From NCBI GenBank assembly GCA_021816545.1, contig JAKAXP010000002.1, positions 1 through 34,444 on the forward strand: a DNA stretch of 34,444 nt, given 5' to 3'. A model generated the notes under the pieces. That model was not told where the DNA came from and made no database searches. It was given only the letters and a program-made list of their open reading frames with translations. A program made the position numbers and the translations under genes. Of this stretch, positions 9,589 through 17,223 are shown piece by piece (within the stretch, counting starts at the first letter, position 1; each line of letters starts with the position of its first letter). The stretch is from Bacteroidota bacterium (GTDB taxonomy: Bacteria; Bacteroidota; Bacteroidia; Bacteroidales; VadinHA17).

Positions 9589-10308
9589 TTATTTCTTGCT
9601 TTTCTCCAGCAGGAAGGAGAGATCACTTCCCGGTTTCACTTCTGAAGGATCACTGCCGTACCTGAATATGCGTGCATTGCGCGGACCGATAAGTGACAGC
9701 TTTTTGCCCTCCAGGAGGAACATTGTACCCTCGCGCAGTCCGGCAACATAAACCTCCCTGTTCACTTCGATGAATTCCTGGATTCTCTGCTCGCGCGTCT
9801 CACCTGCATGTCCCGCCGGATTTGCATCGAGGTAATGGGGATTTATCTGGAACGGTATCAGCCCGAAGGCCCTGAATGAGGAAGGCGCTGTCACAGGCAT
9901 GTCATTGGTTGTCATGATTGTGGGGCAGGTTACATTTGATCCTGCACTCCAGCCTATGTATGGTGTACCACCCAGAACCTTCTTCCTGACAGGGGCAATG
10001 AGTTTTTTATCCCTGAGACACCTGAGCAGCATCCATGTATTGCCTCCGCCAACAACTATCGCAGGGGCATCTGTAACAGCCTTAACCGGATCACTGAACC
10101 TGTGGATGGAGACAACATCATGCCCCACCTCCTGGAAACGGGTTCTTACTTTTTCCTCATACTCGTCATATGAGAATGTGACTGCCGCATAGGGGATAAA
10201 GAGTGCCTTGACTTTTTTCGTGCCAAGGAAATCCCTGATGTTGTGTTTGGGGTAATCAAGGTATGGTTCCCCCGCATTTGTTGAATTGCTGATAAGAAGT
10301 AGTCTCAT
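9589..10308 (-). CDS. pepE: Dipeptidase E (peptidase S51, alpha-aspartyl dipeptidase)
   Basis: The start MRLLLISNST is typical. The nucleophile elbow is IGWSAGSNV and a His lies in FQINPHY. Length is 239 aa. Confidence 0.85.
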   Translation of the reverse strand: MRLLLISNSTNAGEPYLDYPKHNIRDFLGTKKVKALFIPYAAVTFSYDEYEEKVRTRFQEVGHDVVSIHRFSDPVKAVTDAPAIVVGGGNTWMLLRCLRDKKLIAPVRKKVLGGTPYIGWSAGSNVTCPTIMTTNDMPVTAPSSFRAFGLIPFQINPHYLDANPAGHAGETREQRIQEFIEVNREVYVAGLREGTMFLLEGKKLSLIGPRNARIFRYGSDPSEVKPGSDLSFLLEKSKK

Positions 10309-10374
10309 TTCATTTGTTTTTTACCTGTTCCGCGCGGCCGGTCAGCCCGAGCGGATTCCTCTGTTTCAACGCTT

Positions 10375-10382
10375 CAAACTTA
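10375..10382 (-). promoter_or_regulatory. Candidate Bacteroidetes sigma-A -7 box for the pepE-led minus-strand operon
   Basis: The plus strand reads CAAACTTA, so the minus strand reads TAAGTTTG. This is a perfect match to TAnnTTTG, 67 nt upstream of the pepE ATG. Confidence 0.4.
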
Positions 10383-10383
10383 C

Positions 10384-10403
10384 ACAAAATCATACGATTT
10401 TGT
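10384..10403. promoter_or_regulatory. Perfect 8-bp inverted repeat ACAAAATC-N4-GATTTTGT directly abutting the candidate pepE -7 box
   Basis: Read directly from the sequence: the arms are 10384..10391 and 10396..10403. It could be an operator. No regulator can be assigned. Confidence 0.3.
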
Positions 10404-10440
10404 ACTCTGTCAAAATGGACCTCTTCGGGCGGGTACCGGA

Positions 10441-10476
10441 TAAAAAATGAGGGGGCACCTTTGACAATGCCCCCTC
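10441..10476 (-). terminator. Rho-independent terminator after the beta-barrel gene at 10502..11491
   Basis: A 9-bp GC-rich stem, GAGGGGGCA (10449..10457) with TGCCCCCTC (10468..10476), has a 10-nt loop. On the minus strand it is followed by ATTTTTTA. Confidence 0.7.
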
Positions 10477-10501
10477 TGTGGGATAATTTGTACTTTGACC
10501 G

Positions 10502-11491
10502 TCAGTCGTTGAAAGTCAGCGCTATGCCTATCTCGAATGGATAGAGTTCGGGGCCCTTGCCCTTTTCGAACATAGGGGAGAGGTAGCATGTACCGTACAC
10601 CTGTACCATCTCGTATCCTGCCCTCGCGGTGACACCGTACCTCAGCACATTCAGGTTGAAGTCGTCGCGGTTCTTGTCTTTCTGCTTGCCGTCATCATGG
10701 TAGACAACCTTTGTGTGTGACCCCAGCTTGACCGCACCAACCATACCTGCACCGAGGTTGATTGTACTGCCGTGAGAGACGGGGATCTGAACCTCAAGCA
10801 TGACCGGAAGAATGCCGTAAACAGTTGCAAGCTTGCTCTTGTCATACATGATCGGTTCAGCAGGATATGAAGGTGTGATAACTCCTTCTCCGTCAACCAT
10901 AATGGTGTTGTTACCATCAAAGCGGTAATTGTTGAAGTTGATTCCCAGCGCGGTGACCAGGCCGAAGTGACGTGTAATACCAAGGCTCACGGGAGGCAGT
11001 ACAATGTTGAAACTCGATGATTTGGCTGTGTTAAGGTCAAGGTAACCTTCCATTGGCGTTTCATTCTTCAGCCATTTGCCTGTGGAATAACTGTTATACC
11101 CGAACTCCGGGCCTCCAAGATGGCCTTCAAAGCTCTTTGAGGGTTTTTCTTCGGAAAATTCTTCGTCATTATCCTCTTTCCCGAAGGTGATTTCCGTGTC
11201 ATCACCCTCTTCGTTTATCCTGACCCCCCTTTTACCAATCCTGATAACAGTTTCATCTCCTGTCTCCTCAATGGTAACCACCTCCCCGATTTTTACGCGG
11301 GAAGCATCATCCACCTCCCCGGTGACCACTTCGTATTCTTCTTCCGTTGCAACAAGCGTATCAGGCGGTGTCACCTGTTCTGCCTTCTGTTCAAGCTGTT
11401 CCAGCTCCTTTAGCTTTTGTTCCTTTTCCTGTGCCGCTACGGGAAGGATGAGGGAAACGATCAGCGCTGTTGAGATCAATATTCTTTTCAT
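10502..11491 (-). CDS. Secreted protein with an acidic N-terminal region and a C-terminal outer-membrane beta-barrel-like domain
   Basis: Signal peptide MKRILISTALIVSLILPVAAQ. The first ~120 aa are very D/E-rich (EKEQKLKELEQLEQKAEQ, EEGDDTEITFGKEDNDEEFSEE). About 200 aa of alternating hydrophobic, aromatic-rich strands follow. It is the third gene of the ECF sigma operon. Confidence 0.55.
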   Translation of the reverse strand: MKRILISTALIVSLILPVAAQEKEQKLKELEQLEQKAEQVTPPDTLVATEEEYEVVTGEVDDASRVKIGEVVTIEETGDETVIRIGKRGVRINEEGDDTEITFGKEDNDEEFSEEKPSKSFEGHLGGPEFGYNSYSTGKWLKNETPMEGYLDLNTAKSSSFNIVLPPVSLGITRHFGLVTALGINFNNYRFDGNNTIMVDGEGVITPSYPAEPIMYDKSKLATVYGILPVMLEVQIPVSHGSTINLGAGMVGAVKLGSHTKVVYHDDGKQKDKNRDDFNLNVLRYGVTARAGYEMVQVYGTCYLSPMFEKGKGPELYPFEIGIALTFND

Positions 11492-11549
11492 GGCATTAAA
11501 ATGTTTATTGTTTATTGCTGGGACGAACAGCCCTGCCGGAAAGTTACAC

Positions 11550-12473
11550 TCAGGGTGTGGATTTGTTCAGCGGTTTCGTGAACGAAAGGAGGGATGAGCT
11601 GAAACTCACTGCCACAGCATCTCCCTTTTTGTTATTCACATGCTCAAGTTCCATATCCCATCCAAGGATTGTGTTGATACCCGTTATTGCACCGTTTGCT
11701 ATTGCATAGCCGTCAATCTTCTTTTCTTTTCCGGTCACAGCCGAGGCCAGGTAGGATATGCTCCTGAGCATCCAGTTACCGGCATCATTCGTTTCCGCAG
11801 GCTGCGGAATAGTTTTCGGGCTGATTGCAGCCAGGCTATTGTTTACGGACAGCGCCACGGATAATGATGCAGCAATATCATGATCAAGCGCCAGGGGCTG
11901 AACATGTACCATTTCTGTCATGCCTTCCGTTGCAGGAGTCCGCATGTCGGCTGCGGGAAGTGATTTCAGGGCAGACCCTGTCCGAATTTCCGGTACCGTG
12001 GTTACCCTTGTCACAGGAGAGGATGCCGGGATCTCTGCCACTGTCATGGCCGGAACCCCTGACGTTACCCCGCTGTCGATTTTTTTCAGTTTCGCGCCGG
12101 CCGGACCGTAAACGAAAAGTATGATCATCGCTGCAACAGCCAGAACTGCGGGAATTATGGTACGCCTGAATGCAGCAAATGACGGGATGGTCCTGAGACT
12201 TGAATGCATCCCCGTCCAGCTTTCGTTCATCGGGGTGAGACGAATCTGCCGGAAGCTTTCTGCACGATTCCTTCTTTCAGTGCTGACTGAAAGAACAGAT
12301 TCAATTTCTGCAAGTGCCTCCCCGGAAAGGGCATCCTCTGACCATGCAGCTGCCAGCAGGTCAAACTGCTCGTCGGTCAGCTCCTCCGGCCGGCGGAAAA
12401 GCCTGCTGCCCGACGGCATCCTGTCTTCAGGAGGAGTCAGTATCGGGAATTCAGTATTTTCCGTTATTGCCAT
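11550..12473 (-). CDS. Putative single-pass anti-sigma factor (non-zinc type)
   Basis: Overlaps the ECF sigma gene's stop by 10 nt. One TM helix (IIPAVLAVAAMIILFVY) lies at about aa 105-121, with a ~100-aa cytoplasmic N-terminus. There is no HxxxCxxC motif. The call is by position and topology only. Confidence 0.45.
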   Translation of the reverse strand: MAITENTEFPILTPPEDRMPSGSRLFRRPEELTDEQFDLLAAAWSEDALSGEALAEIESVLSVSTERRNRAESFRQIRLTPMNESWTGMHSSLRTIPSFAAFRRTIIPAVLAVAAMIILFVYGPAGAKLKKIDSGVTSGVPAMTVAEIPASSPVTRVTTVPEIRTGSALKSLPAADMRTPATEGMTEMVHVQPLALDHDIAASLSVALSVNNSLAAISPKTIPQPAETNDAGNWMLRSISYLASAVTGKEKKIDGYAIANGAITGINTILGWDMELEHVNNKKGDAVAVSFSSSLLSFTKPLNKSTP

Positions 12474-12949
12474 ACTGACGTTTTTACCAGGTAATTCCTG
12501 AGTGCCACACGGCCCCGGAAAATATAGGTCTTGACCTGTGCCTCCGAAAGCCCTGTTATTTCACCAATCTCCTTATAGTTGTACCCTTCATAGTCACGCA
12601 GCAGAATGACTGACCGCTGCACGGCAGGAAGCTTCTCCAGTGCACGGTGCAGTACTTCATTGAGGTCGTTGTTGTTGTCTTCTGCGTACATGTTGCTGTC
12701 ATCATAATACTCAACCCCTACCATCCTGGAGTCTTTCCTGATCACATCTATCATCCTGTTATAGGCTGAGGTAAAAAGCCAGGATTTTACGGCACCGTAT
12801 TCAATTTCAGTAACACATCGCCATAGTTTCTCGTATGTATCCTGCACTATGTCGTCAGCCCTGTGGCTGTCCCTTATACTGCGCAGGATGAACCGGTAGA
12901 CATGGTCACCAAACTCCCTTACGGCGTTATTGTATTCTTTTACGGTCAT
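12464..12949 (-). CDS. ECF-type RNA polymerase sigma-70 factor
   Basis: Region 2 is DIVQDTYEKLW...WLFTSAYNRMIDVIRK. Region 4 helix-turn-helix is YKEIGEITGLSEAQVKTYIFRGRVALR. Length is 161 aa. Confidence 0.9.
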   Translation of the reverse strand: MTVKEYNNAVREFGDHVYRFILRSIRDSHRADDIVQDTYEKLWRCVTEIEYGAVKSWLFTSAYNRMIDVIRKDSRMVGVEYYDDSNMYAEDNNNDLNEVLHRALEKLPAVQRSVILLRDYEGYNYKEIGEITGLSEAQVKTYIFRGRVALRNYLVKTSVWQ

Positions 12950-13027
12950 TCAGGTCAATGCACTGACACCATAAAGACGGCAGAACAACCCCGAATGTTA
13001 CAGGTACCTGCATAAAAAATCAGTAGC

Positions 13028-13046
13028 GACAGGTCTCAGACCTGTC
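13028..13046. repeat. Palindromic repeat copy A: GACAGGTCT-C-AGACCTGTC (perfect 19-nt palindrome)
   Basis: Read directly from the sequence. It shares the core TCTCAGACC with copy B, 60 bp away. On the minus strand a T6 run lies 8 nt after the stem. Confidence 0.7.
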
Positions 13047-13084
13047 ATGCACCAATTTAACCGGATACCCGCACAAATGCAGGT

Positions 13085-13109
13085 ATCGACGGATCTCAGA
13101 CCCGTCGAT
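13085..13109. repeat. Palindromic repeat copy B: ATCGACGG-A-TCT-C-AGA-C-CCGTCGAT (25-nt palindrome with one A/C mismatch)
   Basis: Read directly from the sequence. It has the same core as copy A. One stem position is an A-T pair in A and a G-C pair in B, which preserves pairing. It lies 36 nt downstream of the stop of the gene at 13146..14732 on the minus strand. Confidence 0.7.
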
Positions 13110-13145
13110 ACGTCATATTAATGCAGATATATGCCTGTGATGCAG

Positions 13146-14732
13146 CTATTTGGATTGGTAAACCCTGACCCAGTCAACCTCCATTGAGGAGATACCGCCA
13201 ACGGGTTTGTCAACACCTCCCGCCAGGTTGATATACATCGGCTCCTGCGGAACGCCAGTCGTCTGGCGCATTACCTCGATGCCGTTTATTTTCCAGACCA
13301 ATGCGTCCGGGGTCCACTCTAGGGTATAGATGTAAAAGTCAGACAGGTATTTTGATCCGAGGCTCTTTTTAAAGTGACCTCCCGGTGCGGTGAAAAGGTC
13401 AAACCACACTTTTCCGTGTCCCGACCTGCATACATTGACATGAGGTGTTATGCGGTCACCGATCAGCCAGAACGCGTTCCGGACATTCGGATCGGTCAGT
13501 TTGATCTTGGCCGTGAAAGTGCCGTACTTCTGCCTGAATGAAGCACCTGTGTTGATTATACCTGAGGTGAAGCTGAAATCCTTTGTGTAAAAGCCCTTTG
13601 CCGGATCCCATACCTTGCCGTTTATTTTCTGCGGTTTTGTGATTATGCGAATTACGCTGTGACGCACCTCGAAGTTTTCAGATGGTGTGTAACACTGCAG
13701 ATCTGTTGCTATACTGTAACTGTCATGAAGGAGTTTGTCTCCCCAGTAGTACCTGTTGAGCCACTTGCTGCCGTCAGGCGCCGTCCCTTCGAATTCATCG
13801 CTGAAGGTGAGCTCCCTGTTTTTCAGTACGTCGAACTTGTTCGAATCCTTTACACTGAAATACCACTTGATGTCGGCGGAGTTCTTCAGGACTTCGTACT
13901 CCTTCATCTCTTTGAACATCTCGCTCTTCTCAAACCGGCGCTTGTCAAGCAGGTATTCCTTCCTTTCGTTGAATTCCTTGGTTTTCAGGTATTCCTGAAG
14001 TTCAAAGAACCTTTTCAGCCGGGCTGAGTCATTAACCTGCACCCAGTTATGATATTCCTTTGAACCACGGAACTTGTAGTAGCTCACAACATCAGATGCC
14101 CCCTTTTTGGTCCTGAGTTCCTGGAGCTTCTGGTATTCCGGGGTGTCTTTGAAAGTGACAGGCTTCATATTCTTCTTCAGGAGGAAAGCTGATGAAGTAA
14201 CCAGTGACTGAAGCTCCGAGAACCTCTTCACCTTTTCAGGATTGAGGTTTTTCTTTACCTCCTTGTCGCCCTTCAGCTTTTTGAATTCCAGCCATTTGCC
14301 GTATTCTTCGGTATCCTTGAAGGTGACAGGTTTCATCCGTTCCTTCTGCCTGAATTCAGGCGACTGTACAAACAGTTGCAGGTCTTCGATGTCCTTTATC
14401 CTTGCCGATCCGTCAAGCGACCGAAAGTTTTTCAGCAGAGCGTTACCTTCTGTTTTAAAGTATGATACAATGTCTTTTTCCTTTTTGAGCCCAATGAACT
14501 CGGACTCCCTTGCATGCTCCTCCGATCCTTTGTAGGTAAGGGATTCTATTTCCTTCTTCTTCTGCCTGAACCCGGCAGAGTTGACTCTCTCATGAAGCCG
14601 GTTGTATTTTGCCAGGGCTTCCGAGCCGGCAAAGGCAATCATCTTTTCATACTCGGCAATCAGAGCCTTCTCTTCCTGTTCAATTTTGGAGGTTGAGGGG
14701 ATCATCCCCAGCATCAGCTTTAAGGTTGACAT
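13146..14732 (-). CDS. Repeat-containing protein with a C-terminal GH16-like/concanavalin-A-like beta-sandwich that lacks the catalytic acids
   Basis: The C-terminal ~220 aa has GH16-like landmarks: FTSGIINT, YGTFTAKIKL, NAFWLIGD, YIYTLEWTPDALVWKINGI and VDWVRVY. Where E-x-D-x-x-E is expected the sequence is HVNVCR (13425..13442). The N-terminal ~300 aa holds four ~56-aa helical repeats. No signal peptide is evident. Confidence 0.65.
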   Translation of the reverse strand: MSTLKLMLGMIPSTSKIEQEEKALIAEYEKMIAFAGSEALAKYNRLHERVNSAGFRQKKKEIESLTYKGSEEHARESEFIGLKKEKDIVSYFKTEGNALLKNFRSLDGSARIKDIEDLQLFVQSPEFRQKERMKPVTFKDTEEYGKWLEFKKLKGDKEVKKNLNPEKVKRFSELQSLVTSSAFLLKKNMKPVTFKDTPEYQKLQELRTKKGASDVVSYYKFRGSKEYHNWVQVNDSARLKRFFELQEYLKTKEFNERKEYLLDKRRFEKSEMFKEMKEYEVLKNSADIKWYFSVKDSNKFDVLKNRELTFSDEFEGTAPDGSKWLNRYYWGDKLLHDSYSIATDLQCYTPSENFEVRHSVIRIITKPQKINGKVWDPAKGFYTKDFSFTSGIINTGASFRQKYGTFTAKIKLTDPNVRNAFWLIGDRITPHVNVCRSGHGKVWFDLFTAPGGHFKKSLGSKYLSDFYIYTLEWTPDALVWKINGIEVMRQTTGVPQEPMYINLAGGVDKPVGGISSMEVDWVRVYQSK

Positions 14733-14880
14733 TGCAGGTTGCTTTTTTGTATAGTTCCGTTAAAGTTAAATATCTTTCAAACATTATAGTCGCATCAGCC
14801 AATTATTTGTTAATTAGGCACTAACAAACAAAATCAGGCCGCTTGCGACAATTGGTTTATTTTCAACAGAATAAAAACGG

Positions 14881-15816
14881 ATGAAAAAGCTCATTATTGT
14901 TACAGTAATCATAATGCTGGCTTCCTGTGCCACTGTGAAGCACCCATCTGGTCCGGCGGAGGGCCGTTCCGCCCGGGCAATCAGTAACCAGCTGGTTCCG
15001 CCAGATGTGGGCCGTACCGCTCCGTCTGCAACAAACCTACCTGTCCCTGAATCGCAGGATGACCAGGACCACCTGATCCTTGCCACGCTATGGTACCAGA
15101 AATCGGCCGAGATGCGTGCCCTTTACTACCAGTGCTTCCGGAATGCGGAAACAGCACTGGCGGAGAACCTTGAGACGTCAGTCCGCAAAAGGCCTGCATC
15201 AGAATCTCCGGCCCTGGCAGACACTGTTCGGGCAGGGTATAAAAAACATCCTGCGGTGGTGCTTGACATTGATGAGACGCTGCTTGATAACTCTCCTTTC
15301 CAGGGATGGCAGGTGGTTGAAAAGAAGGCTTTCAACAATGATGACTGGTTCCGGTGGGTGGTGCTTGCCCGCGCAAAACCGTTACCGGGAGCAGTAGAAT
15401 TTACAAGGTATGCTGATTCACTGGGAGTTGAGGTTTTCTATGTCTCAAACAGAACAATACAGGAAATGGTACCGACCATAAAAAACATGACGGAATGGGG
15501 ATTTGTGAACGCTGACAGCACCCATCTCCTGCTTAAGGAGACCACTTCCTCAAAGGTGGAAAGGCGGGCTATGATAGAAAAGAATTATGAAATCATCCTG
15601 CTTGTAGGTGATAATCTTGCCGACCTGGGGAGTATATATGAAAATCGCGGAGCCGATTACGGCTTCGGAGCCGTGGATGCAGACAGGAAGCTCTTCGGCA
15701 CAAAATACATTGTGCTTCCCAACCCCATGTACGGAAACTGGCTCAATGACCTTCTGAGGTCAGTCCCAGGCAGCACAGAACGGGAGAAGCTTGTCAGGCT
15801 GCTTGAAATATTTTGA
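14881..15816 (+). CDS. Class C acid phosphatase / 5'-nucleotidase, lipoprotein e(P4) family
   Basis: Lipobox MKKLIIVTVIIMLASC. HAD DDDD motifs are VVLDIDETLLDN and LLVGDNLADLG. Confidence 0.85.
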   Translation: MKKLIIVTVIIMLASCATVKHPSGPAEGRSARAISNQLVPPDVGRTAPSATNLPVPESQDDQDHLILATLWYQKSAEMRALYYQCFRNAETALAENLETSVRKRPASESPALADTVRAGYKKHPAVVLDIDETLLDNSPFQGWQVVEKKAFNNDDWFRWVVLARAKPLPGAVEFTRYADSLGVEVFYVSNRTIQEMVPTIKNMTEWGFVNADSTHLLLKETTSSKVERRAMIEKNYEIILLVGDNLADLGSIYENRGADYGFGAVDADRKLFGTKYIVLPNPMYGNWLNDLLRSVPGSTEREKLVRLLEIF

Positions 15817-15911
15817 AACAAAGGGGAATACAATTAAAATTCCGACCTGTCCGATCAAGTCCAATGTATGTTTTTACATTAAATAATGGATCGTAATCGC
15901 AAAAATGATGT

Positions 15912-15919
15912 TATATTTG
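15912..15919 (+). promoter_or_regulatory. Candidate -7 box TATATTTG for the AAA+ ATPase gene
   Basis: A perfect TAnnTTTG match sits inside the 5' end of the tracked ORF (15886..). It lies 27 nt upstream of the in-frame ATG at 15946, which argues that 15946 is the true start. Confidence 0.45.
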
Positions 15920-15945
15920 CGAATATAGTCATAAAATTTAACGAA

Positions 15946-17067
15946 ATGATAACCAGATTCCTTCAGAAAAAAATCGAAGAAAAACTGGGCCATGGAAAAG
16001 CGATCATTATTTCAGGTGCAAGACAAACCGGAAAAACCACTCTTCTGAAACTGATGTTTTCAGGCCAGGTTGATTCGCTATGGCTTAACGGAGATGAACC
16101 TGATGTAAGGGCTCTTTTTGAGGAGCCGTCTTCAACAAGATTTAAAGCTTTGTTTGGCAGCAGCCGGATGGTCATTATAGATGAAGCACAAAGAATAAAA
16201 GACATTGGCCTGAAACTAAAGCTGATCACTGACCAGATTCCTGAATTGCAACTTGTGGTGACCAGGTCCTCCTCCTTTGACCTTGCAAACGAAATCAATG
16301 AACCGCTTACGGGAAGAAAATGGGAATATAATCTTTTTCCGTTAAGTTTCGCAGAGATGGCGGCTCATCATGGATTTCTTAATGAGAAAAGGCTTCTTGT
16401 TCACAGGCTTGTATATGGTTATTATCCTGAGGTTGTGAATTCCCCCGGGCAGGAGAAGGAGTTGCTGAAGCAATTGTCAGACAGTTATCTGTACAAGGAT
16501 CTTCTTATGCTTGATGATATAAGGAAACCCGAAAAGCTTGTCAGACTTTTGCAACTTCTTGCATTTCAGGTAGGTAATGAAGTATCGTATAATGAACTCG
16601 GAATGAATCTCGGACTGGACAATCAAACGGTAGAGAAGTACATCAATCTGCTTGAAAAGACGTTTGTAATATTCAGGCTTGGGTCCTTCAGCCGTAACCT
16701 GCGCAAGGAGCTTAAAAGAGCCAGGAAGATTTATTTTTATGATAATGGCATCCGTAATTCGCTGATAGCAAACTTTAACCCTCCCGAGCTGAGAAATGAT
16801 ACCGGGGCTCTTTGGGAGAATTTTCTTGTTTCTGAACGCCAGAAACATATTCATTACTCAGGAATCTGGGCAAACAGGTACTTCTGGCGAACGCATGATC
16901 AGCAGGAGATAGATTATTTAGAGGAAAGAGACGGCCAGCTCCGGGCTTATGAATTCAAATGGAAGTCCGGCAGGATATTTAAGATGCCTGTTGCTTTTAC
17001 TGACTCATATCCGGGGTCTGCCGGAACTGTTATCACTCCGGACAATTTTGAAGACTTCCTGCTCTGA
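15946..17067 (+). CDS. AAA+ ATPase with a DUF4143-like C-terminal domain (COG1373-type)
   Basis: Walker A GARQTGKTT and Walker B MVIIDEAQ. The C-terminal region carries a nuclease-fold-like acidic/K motif (QQEIDYLEERDGQLRAYEFKWK). The start was moved from 15886 to 15946 because of the internal promoter match. Confidence 0.8.
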   Translation: MITRFLQKKIEEKLGHGKAIIISGARQTGKTTLLKLMFSGQVDSLWLNGDEPDVRALFEEPSSTRFKALFGSSRMVIIDEAQRIKDIGLKLKLITDQIPELQLVVTRSSSFDLANEINEPLTGRKWEYNLFPLSFAEMAAHHGFLNEKRLLVHRLVYGYYPEVVNSPGQEKELLKQLSDSYLYKDLLMLDDIRKPEKLVRLLQLLAFQVGNEVSYNELGMNLGLDNQTVEKYINLLEKTFVIFRLGSFSRNLRKELKRARKIYFYDNGIRNSLIANFNPPELRNDTGALWENFLVSERQKHIHYSGIWANRYFWRTHDQQEIDYLEERDGQLRAYEFKWKSGRIFKMPVAFTDSYPGSAGTVITPDNFEDFLL

Positions 17068-17166
17068 TGATTCTGTTATAATCACAATTAACAGGTCAGA
17101 TTAATTTTCCTGATTGAATTTGATTATACCCACTTAAATCATTATAAATTAATTCATTACATATTA

Positions 17167-17222
17167 GACTATAAGATTAGACGAAAAAACACAAAAAATA
17201 TTGTGCGTCTATAAAAATAGTC
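17167..17222. promoter_or_regulatory. Nested dyad GACTAT-N5-TAGACG-N22-CGTCTA-N5-ATAGTC; candidate BlaI-family operator
   Basis: Both arm pairs are perfect 6-mers and share one symmetry centre at 17194/17195. The outer pair is 17167..17172 with 17217..17222, and the inner pair is 17178..17183 with 17206..17211. The right outer arm ends 1 nt before the -7 box. Confidence 0.5.
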
Positions 17223-17223
17223 G

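Noticed and set aside
10314-10544. A 76-aa ORF spanning the pepE / barrel-gene spacer
   Set aside because: It has a non-ATG start, crosses a terminator hairpin and a promoter region, and overlaps the end of the barrel gene. It is not credible as a gene.
11187-11597. A 136-aa Ser-rich ORF on the + strand
   Set aside because: It is the antisense mirror of the GAA/GAG-rich acidic region of the barrel-protein gene. The composition is an artefact.
14733-14880. CCAATT-containing inverted repeats and a GTCGCA/TGCGAC pair in the divergent spacer between the GH16-like and acid-phosphatase genes
   Set aside because: The repeats are short (6 bp) and imperfect, and are expected by chance in an AT-rich 148-bp spacer. 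Only 7 of 8 positions match a promoter box. This is too weak to call.
14814-15086. A 90-aa minus-strand ORF overlapping the start of the acid phosphatase gene
   Set aside because: It overlaps a lipoprotein gene with clear HAD motifs and the divergent promoter region, and it has no motifs of its own.
15886-15945. A 20-codon N-terminal extension of the AAA+ ATPase ORF as tracked
   Set aside because: It contains a perfect promoter -7 box (15912..15919). The downstream Met gives a family-typical N-terminus, so the extension is probably untranslated.
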